IMG/VR virus record: IMGVR_UViG_3300020430_000015
Coordinates: 1 to 62,054 of that record
Length of the DNA: 62,054 nt
Source: a virus
Lineage: Duplodnaviria; Caudoviricetes
Direction: 5' to 3' (one strand)
The number at the start of each line of letters is the position of its first letter. Within the stretch, counting starts at the first letter, position 1. The position numbers were made by a program, and so were the translations under genes. This document shows positions 30,301 to 38,715 of this stretch, piece by piece. The notes beneath the pieces were generated by a model. That model had not been told where the DNA came from. It did not search any database and saw nothing but the letters and a program-made list of their open reading frames with translations.

Positions 30301-33300
30301 ACAAACTTTAACAAGTCCTGCTAAAGAAGTAAGTGAAAACTTTGGATATGCTTTATCATTTAGTGGAGACATACTTGCTGTTACAAGTCTAAAAGGCGAT
30401 ATGACAATTGACACAACTTTTGATGGTAACATAACAAGTTTCGATAATGAAATGACGTCATTCACAAAAATTGTACAAGACACAGGCACAATTCACATTT
30501 ACGAAAAATTTGATAACACATTATTATATTCAGAAAAATTCACCTATGCAGATACAAGCATACAGCAATTTGGTTCTAATTTATTGGTTAATGTTAACCA
30601 CGTTTATGTTGGAATGCCTAATTTACAATTACTAAATGAAGAAGTAGGAACAACTATTGATTTCCGCAGATCTCAAGATGCGAACAACTGGACTAGTGTA
30701 CATGAAACAATTGGCGGCATTGAACAACCTGATCTAACAAAAATTAAAAGTGTATTTTTATACAACAAAAAAACAAAAAAAGTTTTAGCAAATCTTGATT
30801 ATATTGATCCTATTTTTGGAAAAATACCAGGACCAGCAGAAGAAGAAATTTTCTACAAAACAAAATATGATCCAGCCTACTACAATCAATCAGGATCTAC
30901 AAGGCAAGATGATTTAAATCATTGGGATCACAGTCAAGTAGGAAGATTATGGTGGGACATAAGCAAAGCACAATATTACTATCCATATCAAAGCAATATA
31001 ATTTTCAACAATTCTTATTGGAACAAATTATTCCCAGGCGCAACAATTGATATACATGAATGGACACAATCAAAATATACGCCTATACAATGGAATACTT
31101 TGAGTGCAAGTCCAGAAGGATTATCTTTGGGAATCACAGGTACGGTGTCAAACACTAACAACTTTGTATTAGCAAAACAATATGACAAAGTTGCGGGTGT
31201 GTTTACAAATGTTTATTTTTATTGGGTAAAAGGTAAAACATCTGTACCGCAAATTGAAGGTAGAACTTTATCTGCGAATGATGTGGCGAAATTAATTAAA
31301 GATCCAAGATCACAGGGTTACAAATATGTTACAATATTCGGTTCAAATAAATTTGCACTTGTAAATTGTGGAGGTTTAGTAAATGATAGAGATGCTGTAA
31401 TAAACTTCAGATTGTTTAATACAATTACAAATAATGATATTCATGAAGAATATGCAATAGTGACTGAAAATTTAGCGTCTAGTAAAATTCCAACAGATAT
31501 TGAAACTGTTTGGTTTAACAGTTTGATTGGTTATGATGAACTAGAAAATCAAGTGCCGGATCCTGCTTTGAGTGAAAAATTAAAATATGGTACATTGATG
31601 CAACCAAGACAAAGTTGGTTTAAAAACAAGCAAGATGCTTTAAAACAAGCAATTGAAAGAATTAATAGTACATTAATTAAAAATTTAATTGTAGATGAAG
31701 TAGATTTATCTAATCTAATTAAATCTGATCCAGCACCTTTGACTGCAACAGGCTTATATGATGTGACCGTAGATACAGAAAAAGATCTACAATTTATTGG
31801 TGTTGGTACAGTAAAGACAGCAACATTAATTCCAACAATTGAAGACGGAAAAATTAAATCTGTTTTTGTTTCTGACGCAGGTAAAGGATATAAATTTAAA
31901 CCAACAGTCACAATTAACACAACAACAGGATCTGGTGCAGTAATAGAATTATTAATCGATATTAATGGGTCAGTATCAAGTGCTGTGGTACGTGAGCAAG
32001 GAACAAATTATAAATCTAATGATACAATTACTGTCCGTGATTTCAGTGCATTAGTAAATGCTGACAGCACAGTCACAGGAAAATGGGCAGTATACACTTA
32101 CACCACAGAGGGTTGGACTCGTGCAAGAATACAAAGTTACAATGTTGGATTATATTGGGACTATGCTGATTGGTATGACGTAGGTTACAGTGAATTAACT
32201 GCTATAGATAAAAAAGTTTCACAGACTTATGAATTAGACGCTGTAGAGTGCGCCATTGGAGACATAGTAAAAATTGAAACTGTAGGTACAGGTGGCTGGT
32301 TACTATTAGAAAAAATAGATAATCAAGAGGATGTTGATTACACAGTAAATTACAAAACTGTAGGTAGACAAAACGGAACAATTCAATTTAACACAAAATT
32401 ATATGATTATGCTAATCAAAATATAGGTTTTGATTCTAACAGTTTTGATGTGCAACTCTATGATAGACAGCCTATTGAAGAAACAAGAATAATTTTACAA
32501 ACTGTAAGAGACAGTATATTTGTTGAAGATTTAAAATTAGAATACAATAAATTATTCTTTGCAAGTGTGAGGTATGCACTATCAGAAGATACTTTAAACG
32601 ATTGGGTCTTTAAAACAAGTTTTGTTACAGCACAACACAATGTAGGTGATTTAAAACAAAAAGTTACATTTAAAAATGATAATCTATCTAACTATGAAGA
32701 TTATATTAGAGAAATTAAACCATACAAATCTAAAATAAGAGAATATGTAAGTTCTTATGATAAAATTGAACCTACTAATACATCCTTAACTGATTTTGAT
32801 TTACCGCCAAGATATGTTAATGGTGTAATCACTCCTTCAAATATTAGAGTAGAAAATAGTGCTTTAGTTAATGCAGACAACATAAACACATTTCCAAATA
32901 AACATTGGAAAGACAACATAGGTTTTACAGTTAAGTCTATTAATATAAAAGAAGGCGGAACACTTTATAAAAACGCACCTACAATAGAAATAGTAGGAGG
33001 CGGTGGCTCTGGAGCAACAGCAACAGCATACATTAAAAATGGAAAAATTAACAGAATAAATGTTACAAATGGTGGATCTGGATATGTTGGTAATCCAACA
33101 GTAAACGTGTTAGGATCAACTACTGGTACAGTTGCTGAAGCCTATGCAGTCTTAGGCGATAGTCTAATTAGATCAACTCACCTAGGCGTCAAATTTGATA
33201 GAACAACTGGAGAACTATTACTTGCCAATTTAACACGAACTGAAACTTTCTCAGGCAACGCAAGTCAATTAAAATTCAAATTGGAATGGCCGATGGATTT

Positions 33301-36046
33301 ACGTACCACTACCGTTAAAGTAAAAGTAAACAATCAATTAAAATTAAGAAGTGAATATACCTTCAATAATGATATAGATGAAACTAAATCATACACAAGA
33401 AATTGTGGGTATGTTTCATTTACTTTACCTCCGGCAAACAATGCAAATATATCTATTGAATATTTGATTGATCAGGATGTATTGCACACACAAGATAGAG
33501 TAAATTTATATTACACACCAACTGATGGAATGCCAGGCAAAGAACTTGCACAGGTAATTGAAGGTATAGACTATGGTGGTGTAGAAGTTCGTAGCATAGG
33601 TTTTGAAAACAAATCAGGTTGGGATAATCAACCTTTTATGGAAGGAGAATGGGATACTTTTGATGAAAGTTATGAAGATGAAGTTTTCTATCTAGATCAA
33701 AGTACATTATCTTTAACACTTTCTAAAACACTTGAAGCAAACGTACAATACAATGTTTACAGGAACGGCATAAGAGTTGATGATCCTAATTTTGGAACAG
33801 CACAACAAACAAATGTCAATGCTGTAATGGAAACAATAATCGGCGATGGTTCTACTAAAACAATAGATATTAGTGCTGTAGAAACAGGAAATGACACAAT
33901 CATAATTAGAAAATCAACAAGCGATGGTTCATTCTTACCTGATCCTAAAGAAGTTGACACACTTTTACAAGGTGGAGATTTAGCATACTCTACTGCTCAA
34001 GGTCTAAATGCTGAAGATATAAATGTAGATGGAGACGGCTTTGTAACTCCAACATCATCACATGGCCCAGAAGAATTTGTACCAGGACAAGTCTTAGATA
34101 CACTAGACATTCAAGTTTATGACAGAGGTTCAAATACAGGCAGTAAAATTAACAGTTACAATTACATAGGTGATGGTACAACAACCGAATTTGCTTACAC
34201 AGATTATCCGCAAAGTGCTGAGGCTGTATTTGTTTCAGTAAACAATATTTTATATAACAGCAATTTATTCACAGTAAACTATCAAACCAAAAAAATAGTA
34301 TTCAATAGTGCACCTGCAAATGGAGATAAAATTAATTTTATTACTATGGGTAACAATGGTGAATCTGTTTTAGATGTAGATGTATTCACTGGTGATGGTT
34401 CAACTGTTGATTTTGTTACAAGAGCCAAATTTACAGCAGGAAAAATTTCTGTATTTGTTAGAGTAAATGGTCAAAGAACAGCATTCCAAATAATAGAAAC
34501 AGACAGTTCATTTGCTATACCAAACAGAGTAGCGATAAGATTTGATACAGCACCGGCAATAGATGCAGTGATTAGTATTTGTGTGTATGAAAGTGCGAGT
34601 CAATCGTTTAGTGAAGTAACGCAAAATGAATTTACTGGAGATGGAAGCACAGCAACTTATCAACTGTCGCCAACACCTTTTGCACAAAAACCACTGACAA
34701 CAAATGTAATTGTTAAAGTTGGAGACAATATGTTAAGGAGTGGTTGGTATAAACAATTTAAAGTTTCAATCCTTAGAGATTATAAAATTGAAAATTGGCA
34801 AATTTTACCAGGTACTATAAACGCAACTGATGTAAGAGCATTTTTAAATGATGTTGAAATGACAAGTTCACAATATAGATGGAATCCTGGCAACTCGAGT
34901 GTAACACTAGAGTCAGGTGTAGGTGTTGCAGGAGATATTTTAGATGTGTTTATTGATAATGGACAATATAGTGTATCAGATACAGGCGTGTTGACTTTGA
35001 CTAATGCCCCAACACAAAACACAAAAGTAACTGCATATCAATTCAGCAAACATGATATAGCAGACATTGAAAGAGAACAAGCAGATGTAATTGCTAGATT
35101 AAGTTTAACTGTGAACACAGATGATTACTATCTATACAATCAATTAACAAATGGTGTAATTTATCTACGTAAGCCGGCAGTTGATGCTCAATATGTTTGG
35201 GTAGCATTGAATGGTGAATGGTTAGCACCAAGTGTAGATTATACTGTATCTAATGATCAAATGAGAGTATTAATTTCAAGAACTGTCAGTCAAAATGATC
35301 AGATAGATGTAATGCATTTTTCAGCACCAAGTTTCATTGGAAAATTTGCATACAGACAGTTTAAAGATATGATGAATAAAACACATTTCAAACGCATAGG
35401 AAATGATAGACAATATTTCCTTGCAAATACATTGTACTGGTATGATAGAGAAATTGTTTTAAAAGACGCAACAGGAATAACTGAACCAAACATTTCTGCA
35501 AGTCTACCTGGTATTATATTCATAGACGGCGAGAGAATAGAATACTGGATTAAGGACGGTAACAAATTACAGCAATTAAGAAGAGGTACACACGGTACTG
35601 GAGTTCCTACTCAACATTTTGCAGACACTGAAGTTCACGATCAAAGTGCCTTTCAAACAGTTCCTTACAAAGATGAGTTTATCTCAGAAGTGTATACAGG
35701 TGCAAATGTACAAAATAATCAGTTAACAATTTCGTTTACACCAACAAATGTAAATCAATTTGAATTATTTGTTGGAGGTAAGAGAATGCGTAAAAACAGT
35801 ATTTCACAGTATAATCCAGCAAACGGACAGGACAGTCCTGAAGCAGATGATACTGTGTCAGCAGAATTCACAGTAGATGGTGTAAATCCTGTGATTACAT
35901 TTACAAATACACCAGCCACAAATGCCAAAATTGTGGTGATACGTAAACAAGGTAAAATTTGGCAAGAAGGCACAGATCCACTGAGTCAGACGAATAATGA
36001 CATCGCAAGATTCATACGTCAAAAAGAAGTGGCTCCGCCGCAATAA
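21356..36046 (+). CDS. Giant (4896 aa) baseplate wedge/virion protein, gp7-like position
   Basis: Single uninterrupted ORF after gp6. Contains FG-GAP-like blades, CBM5/12-like motifs, GGSGATA/NGGSGY motifs and GDG(S/T)T repeats. Confidence 0.75.
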   Translation: MAYENKKEFPVPVGSESNRRKSAEFLPKYFRTSANQKFLNSTLDQMISSGTLEKISAFYGRKNTQSYKADDYYVEDINADRQNYQFEPAITQTDELGNVNFYKDYIDYINQVKNLNGYADDHSNLNAQEYYTWSPKINWDKFINYREYFWLPYGASTVSVAGQQRSVVSTYTVTKSDQGDNYAYLFTPDGKTVNPTLKLYKGQTYKFDISAQGLPFTIKTARSSSDDFIYNVGVSQQKVEKGIVEFTVSDTAPDKLYYGANNDINAWGLIKIYTIDENSELDVAKEIIGKKSYTLSDGTELSNGMKINFKGTITPTEYAEGEYYVEGVGDAIQLINVQNLEVVSSYTENTPVPFDTTQFDTVGFGTATSYALNKDYVVINKASPDRNPWSRHNRWIHKSVIEASAKANGQIANVDQSLRARRPIIEFEAGLKLFNFGTSSKGNINLIDTVTTDAMSDVEGAVGYHIDGVELTNGMKVMFTADTDPLVKNKIYEVKFLDFTENNITTRQISLVEVTDADSLENETVLVTQGTKNQGKIYWYNGTSWQLTQEKTKVNQAPMFELFDDKGISYTDATNYSNSSFRGNKVFSFKEGQGANDPELGFPINYLNVNNIGDITFDFNLVNDSFVYGDDTQTTVNTDTAFLKKFTDRTTNSLQNGWEKADTESYQRVERLYNVTATQTNDFAVDVYDKSGDLNDLTVKVFVNNQIKKELTDYTINRINSVAFINFNQSLTDGDVVVLKTSSATIKNKNGHYEFPNNLESNTLNNNISSFTLGQVTDHVKTITNELSGIVGVTPGASNLRDFPNATKFGRKFLQHSGPLSLAMYTLLRKDIHIVNSISFSQEAYLRFKRAFIEKATNLGFDGNVDVAVDKVLEEINKNYTESSAFFQTDMLGIGAFKSTTHKVLDTNSQFYAISTNFDLNSLSIKAINVYHNGEQLIHEQDYVFTNGFVNVTKTLTLDDEIVIREFETSNGSYIPATPTKLGLYPKYIPQKYSDTTLVNPTDVLQGHDGSIIKAYGDYRDDLILELEKRIYNNIKTTYNSDLLDYNAFIPKANRTNLFSHDSINTVLLQNYNEWATFIGNEDYTANTYQQDSNSLTWNYSNAISPTGEKLLGHWRGIYKNLLGTDRPNITPWEIIGFTEKPKWWETTYGPAPYTKENLVLWKDMEAGIVREPNKKIVILDKYKISNLTSYIPVTSTGTIRSPFDSGYAREVVLNATKSKYSFGDHSPVENAWRRSSDYPFAILKAFLLHQPAKVIGIGWDTSRVKRNDAGQIVYSTGLRLQPSALVFPSSISEKTKILTAGLVNYIYDFVEVNLINSYADYKAKIKNIQAQIGFKIRGFSNKDKFKLVLDSKSPTNTANIFVPEENYKLIYNTSSAVELITYSALIIEKTTSGYLIKGYDKNNPVINYFAPIPITADPTINVGGVSASFVNWATNKRYDVGQYVKFSNEFYAVETQHVSESTFDLSKFVKLVELPIEGGTVAQLRKKFSTDISTVPYGTTYETIQEIVDIILGYGEYLKSKGFKFNDFERNLEKVSNWQLSVREFMYWTTQNWDAGSVISLSPSAERLVLETPNATTDNVLDNFYSYGVLKEDGNNLDKNFVRVTRDRNVFELLLKETINGIYFCKIPVVQKENVCIIDNTTTFNDLIFDPASGYKQDRIKVLGYLTEWDGSGVSPGFIFDEAKIQEWAPFTKYAMSDVVKHKQFFYTANKKLKASEKFNEEDWRRLDNRPQPSLYANFDYKANQFGDFYDLDTDNFDTDQQRMAQHLIGYQPREYLRNIINDDVAQYKFYQGYIREKGTSNALSKLFDALASADKESVDFYEEWGIRKGQYGASDTFDEIEYVLDESKLRLNPQPIELTDLNTGAETDLVYRIQSGEVYLKPDNYNHNPFPIKYDKNTYIKTAGPVNPIDISVTVGSYDDLLTSTTLTNLKDGQYVWVGNYNNSWNVFRYSNTNQTITSVVAGSNGITVTTLNNAEMTVGEIFVVNANGSDYVLKCKSVSLNSIVCEPKTGFQSITTAVGFIRRLVTSRVSDIAEINQRIVDQGLKDNEKFWVDQSNDGKWKIVNNKFVFKQHDTVSSTTDSGDVSFGQVLSANKNNTILLVGQPDENDGQIYVFSRGTESATLRLIQIIQSPTVDPIYQQTDLFGPNSKFGKAMEISPEGDYILVGAPDASNLKTEYKGQFVDTQNYATGNIVQYKKQLWRATNQIIGADPSVDFSTFDAAGFYNEATNSAITNLLIGDAVHPGTTTNHLLVRASADQYNGTKIGDKLYMKYLGFTSDYNQDRNNYMKDPKAPFGEDINQSTLLGELFSFNAVPIVEKIDEILKVDLTLTDPVVGNVLTTDTAQGTVVYVNKVGTKTLIYLKDVQGIFSNSDSINFGNLEIGAYDRVISEDYNYLGGWWRVDFPTAVSTDLGADTSNHLVIYDIIRQNITRIENHFFNSVEYPWMPISPMSPVYGAEFGMVSYAQSYYIDQSTNSWQANGSPVSVLSNKYFIRTDVQTSYHAMGKQAGDQINVWFNTVSNNRYTFPGLNISNADTNGLKTISDVWEGYVDVDSQPDNNANFYVPTVGDIVRCDTTYTQTGGFGGEGTVAAIQYTGLQKYRLWIKDLSGNGMPFVQGSNAGFNGTITVVGTPNRLLGNIEQTAFTDSNLPGTIGNLLVFEHTAPINFSGTITEYFGRDIEYWTWDELTLDGINVSANTPSSVNRDWKQVYNIPIGEGVQSAFTNQGCFLVYEKETNGQFSFAGGYSIPDSATGLRFGSRIKIRTVGNETVAYVGAEGDNTTNLPGKIYFIENSATKNWWLGIDPQYRGLFDATVSYQTGELVVYNNQLYKATTNMVPQPFYDYNWQLQNTHTDFLGYIPNDSGIELENDSTLDQNNMVQFGNRFDIDTNGNNIIANVLYSNDSQKIIVYRLHDNHYSYKQTITAPDDSGPTINFGADISISGDGQLIAIGSPLKDFTDIDMGAVYVYKKATDDSGLYALTQTLTSPAKEVSENFGYALSFSGDILAVTSLKGDMTIDTTFDGNITSFDNEMTSFTKIVQDTGTIHIYEKFDNTLLYSEKFTYADTSIQQFGSNLLVNVNHVYVGMPNLQLLNEEVGTTIDFRRSQDANNWTSVHETIGGIEQPDLTKIKSVFLYNKKTKKVLANLDYIDPIFGKIPGPAEEEIFYKTKYDPAYYNQSGSTRQDDLNHWDHSQVGRLWWDISKAQYYYPYQSNIIFNNSYWNKLFPGATIDIHEWTQSKYTPIQWNTLSASPEGLSLGITGTVSNTNNFVLAKQYDKVAGVFTNVYFYWVKGKTSVPQIEGRTLSANDVAKLIKDPRSQGYKYVTIFGSNKFALVNCGGLVNDRDAVINFRLFNTITNNDIHEEYAIVTENLASSKIPTDIETVWFNSLIGYDELENQVPDPALSEKLKYGTLMQPRQSWFKNKQDALKQAIERINSTLIKNLIVDEVDLSNLIKSDPAPLTATGLYDVTVDTEKDLQFIGVGTVKTATLIPTIEDGKIKSVFVSDAGKGYKFKPTVTINTTTGSGAVIELLIDINGSVSSAVVREQGTNYKSNDTITVRDFSALVNADSTVTGKWAVYTYTTEGWTRARIQSYNVGLYWDYADWYDVGYSELTAIDKKVSQTYELDAVECAIGDIVKIETVGTGGWLLLEKIDNQEDVDYTVNYKTVGRQNGTIQFNTKLYDYANQNIGFDSNSFDVQLYDRQPIEETRIILQTVRDSIFVEDLKLEYNKLFFASVRYALSEDTLNDWVFKTSFVTAQHNVGDLKQKVTFKNDNLSNYEDYIREIKPYKSKIREYVSSYDKIEPTNTSLTDFDLPPRYVNGVITPSNIRVENSALVNADNINTFPNKHWKDNIGFTVKSINIKEGGTLYKNAPTIEIVGGGGSGATATAYIKNGKINRINVTNGGSGYVGNPTVNVLGSTTGTVAEAYAVLGDSLIRSTHLGVKFDRTTGELLLANLTRTETFSGNASQLKFKLEWPMDLRTTTVKVKVNNQLKLRSEYTFNNDIDETKSYTRNCGYVSFTLPPANNANISIEYLIDQDVLHTQDRVNLYYTPTDGMPGKELAQVIEGIDYGGVEVRSIGFENKSGWDNQPFMEGEWDTFDESYEDEVFYLDQSTLSLTLSKTLEANVQYNVYRNGIRVDDPNFGTAQQTNVNAVMETIIGDGSTKTIDISAVETGNDTIIIRKSTSDGSFLPDPKEVDTLLQGGDLAYSTAQGLNAEDINVDGDGFVTPTSSHGPEEFVPGQVLDTLDIQVYDRGSNTGSKINSYNYIGDGTTTEFAYTDYPQSAEAVFVSVNNILYNSNLFTVNYQTKKIVFNSAPANGDKINFITMGNNGESVLDVDVFTGDGSTVDFVTRAKFTAGKISVFVRVNGQRTAFQIIETDSSFAIPNRVAIRFDTAPAIDAVISICVYESASQSFSEVTQNEFTGDGSTATYQLSPTPFAQKPLTTNVIVKVGDNMLRSGWYKQFKVSILRDYKIENWQILPGTINATDVRAFLNDVEMTSSQYRWNPGNSSVTLESGVGVAGDILDVFIDNGQYSVSDTGVLTLTNAPTQNTKVTAYQFSKHDIADIEREQADVIARLSLTVNTDDYYLYNQLTNGVIYLRKPAVDAQYVWVALNGEWLAPSVDYTVSNDQMRVLISRTVSQNDQIDVMHFSAPSFIGKFAYRQFKDMMNKTHFKRIGNDRQYFLANTLYWYDREIVLKDATGITEPNISASLPGIIFIDGERIEYWIKDGNKLQQLRRGTHGTGVPTQHFADTEVHDQSAFQTVPYKDEFISEVYTGANVQNNQLTISFTPTNVNQFELFVGGKRMRKNSISQYNPANGQDSPEADDTVSAEFTVDGVNPVITFTNTPATNAKIVVIRKQGKIWQEGTDPLSQTNNDIARFIRQKEVAPPQ

Positions 36047-36069
36047 ATACAATAGAAATTGGAGCATAA

Positions 36070-36681
36070 ATGAGTAAATTTAATGAAAACAACGGAGTTT
36101 TAATACAAGGTCATATCAAGATTCATGACCCTGAATCAGGCGCTGTTTTCGTCAATAAACGTAATGCAATTCATTATGAAAACATGAGTATTGCTTTAGC
36201 GGAGAGTGTTGCTAATCAAGGTCAAGGTTTTATTAATTCTATGGCGTTTGGTAACGGCGGAACAAGTGTTGATCCTACGGGTATTATCACATATTTGACT
36301 CCTAACAGCACGGGCACAAATGCAAGTCTGTATAACCAAACATATAGTAAAGTTGTTGATGATAGAAGTGTAACAAACTTAGATCCTCAAAGAAATAAAA
36401 TAGAAACGAGACACGTAAACGGTACAAATTATACAGATGTGTTAGTAACTTGTCTTTTAGATTACGGTGAGCCAAACGGACAAGATGCAGTTGATCAAGC
36501 ATCGCAGGCAAATAGTTTATATGTGTTTGATGAACTAGGACTTGTTAGTTTTTCGCCAAGTGGCACAGGCAAATTATTGACACACGTAGTTTTCCATCCT
36601 GTACAAAAAAGTTTGAATAGATTGGTGCAAATAGATTACACTGTAAGAGTACAAAGTTTGACAGGATTTAACGAGGGGTAA
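36070..36681 (+). CDS. Virion structural protein (baseplate-associated)
   Basis: Preceded by TAAATA at 36044-36049 and a GGAG RBS; FDELGL...LLTHVVFHPVQKSLNR motif. Confidence 0.6.
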   Translation: MSKFNENNGVLIQGHIKIHDPESGAVFVNKRNAIHYENMSIALAESVANQGQGFINSMAFGNGGTSVDPTGIITYLTPNSTGTNASLYNQTYSKVVDDRSVTNLDPQRNKIETRHVNGTNYTDVLVTCLLDYGEPNGQDAVDQASQANSLYVFDELGLVSFSPSGTGKLLTHVVFHPVQKSLNRLVQIDYTVRVQSLTGFNEG

Positions 36682-36684
36682 TAG

Positions 36685-38715
36685 ATGTCATATACCATAA
36701 GTTTTTCTGATGCAGTAAACAAAGGAACTATCACTGTCGAAGACAACACAGTGAATAGTCAGACTAGTTTACAATTTCCTGGAAAAAACACAACATCATA
36801 TGGTACAATAATAGCGGAAAATTTTCTACACGTATTAGAAAATTTTGCTAACAGCACGGCTCCATTAAGACCAATACAAGGTCAAACTTGGTTTGATACC
36901 ACAGCAGGTGTAAACCAATTAAAAATTTATGATGGTACAACATGGGTGGCATCAGGTGGACTTAAAAAAGCAATTAATCAACCAAGTGCCTCAGAAAGTA
37001 TTACAGGTGATTTATGGGTTGATACCGATCAGCAACAATTATATCTATTCACAGGATCAGGTTGGATACTAGTAGGTCCACAATACAGTTCAGGATTAAC
37101 AACAGGTGCAACGCCTACAACAATCAAAGGAACTGATGATTTAGATTACACAATTATAAAATTAGAAGTTGCGGCTCAAACAGCGGCAATAATTGCAACA
37201 GATTCATTTACTCCAAAAATTACAATACCTGGCTTTTCACAACTGCGTCCAGGAATTAATTTAAGTATAGCAAATATAAAAGGTGATGGTGTTGGTAAAT
37301 TTTATGGCACAGCCGAAAAAGCAGATGCTCTTGTTGTCAGCGGTTCAACAGTTGCGGCAGGCAACTTTTTAAGAGCAGATACAACTTCATTAACAGATTT
37401 TCCAATTAAAGTTAAAACAGATGATGGAATAGAAGTAGGTGCCGCAGGATCATTTAAAATGTTTGTTGAACAACAAGCAGGTATAATTCAATTAGGCACA
37501 CTAGATGAAGAAATAGATTTTAGATTAAACAATCAAGGTACCACAACAACTGTAATGAGATTAAGTTCTGCAGGACAAGTTGGTGTAATGAAAACAAACC
37601 CGACTGCTGTGTTAGACGTGGCTGGTACTTTATCCGTGGATGGTATAGTGACAGCAAATGATATCACTGATGCGACTAACATTGGTTCAGGATCACTTGT
37701 AGTGAAAGGTGGTTTAGGTGTTGCTAAAAAATTATTTGTTGGTAGTGATACAAATATTGCAGGAAATTTAGTTGCAAACAATATATCACCTTCTGCAAAC
37801 AATATACACAACCTAGGTTCTACAAATAATCAATATGGAAATGTTTATGCAAATACTTTTGTAGGTAATTTGACAGGAAACGTAAGTGGAACAGTATCAG
37901 GTACAGCAGGATCATCTAATAAACTTACTCAAGCATCGACTTTTAACATGGTTGGTGATGTTACAGCAACAAGTTTTACATTTGATGGACAAACAGGTGG
38001 CACATCCAAAACTTTTAATACAAGTATAAGCAATTCATTTATTGGCAATCAAACATTAACAACAACAAGTCAAGTAAGTGATGAATTAATAATTAACAGA
38101 ACACAAGGTACAGCAGGAATATTTAAAACTACGGTTGGTAATATCGTTAACACTATTCCAACACCACCAGTAGGTTCAATTACTTTGTTTGCTGGTGCTA
38201 CTGCTCCTGCTAATTGGTTAATGTGCGATGGTGCAGAGATCAGTAGAGCGGTATACAGCACACTATATGGTATAATAGGAACGCAATATGGAACTCCGAC
38301 AAGTTCTGCTGTTTTCAAGTTACCTGATTTGCGTGGCAGATTCCCATTAGGTAAAGACAATATGTCTAATCCAGGTTTAGGTCAAGGTTCAGCGGACAGA
38401 GTTACAGCGGTTGCGGCAGATAATTTAGGTCAAGGTGCAGGTGATGAGAAGAAAACAATTACAAAAGAGAACCTACCAGATCACGAACACAATATGAGAG
38501 CAAACAATGGTGACCAATTCTTTGCTTCAAGAATGATAGCAGGTGCATCAACAGATAACGAAGTAACAACTAGAGATGGGCCTGATTTAACAAATACAAC
38601 AGGTGCTCAGCAATTACCTAATTCAGGTGGAATTAGCGGCACAATTGGACAACAAATGGATGTAATGAATCCTTACATCACATTGAATTATATAATTTAT
38701 ACTGGAGGCATTTAA
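36685..38715 (+). CDS. Tail fibre with phage tail-collar domain (short-fibre-like)
   Basis: PVGSITLFAG..AP.NWLMCDG.EISR..Y..LY.IIGT.YG...FKLPDLRGRFPLG collar motif; LPDHEH and MNPYITLNYII tip motifs. Confidence 0.85.
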   Translation: MSYTISFSDAVNKGTITVEDNTVNSQTSLQFPGKNTTSYGTIIAENFLHVLENFANSTAPLRPIQGQTWFDTTAGVNQLKIYDGTTWVASGGLKKAINQPSASESITGDLWVDTDQQQLYLFTGSGWILVGPQYSSGLTTGATPTTIKGTDDLDYTIIKLEVAAQTAAIIATDSFTPKITIPGFSQLRPGINLSIANIKGDGVGKFYGTAEKADALVVSGSTVAAGNFLRADTTSLTDFPIKVKTDDGIEVGAAGSFKMFVEQQAGIIQLGTLDEEIDFRLNNQGTTTTVMRLSSAGQVGVMKTNPTAVLDVAGTLSVDGIVTANDITDATNIGSGSLVVKGGLGVAKKLFVGSDTNIAGNLVANNISPSANNIHNLGSTNNQYGNVYANTFVGNLTGNVSGTVSGTAGSSNKLTQASTFNMVGDVTATSFTFDGQTGGTSKTFNTSISNSFIGNQTLTTTSQVSDELIINRTQGTAGIFKTTVGNIVNTIPTPPVGSITLFAGATAPANWLMCDGAEISRAVYSTLYGIIGTQYGTPTSSAVFKLPDLRGRFPLGKDNMSNPGLGQGSADRVTAVAADNLGQGAGDEKKTITKENLPDHEHNMRANNGDQFFASRMIAGASTDNEVTTRDGPDLTNTTGAQQLPNSGGISGTIGQQMDVMNPYITLNYIIYTGGI

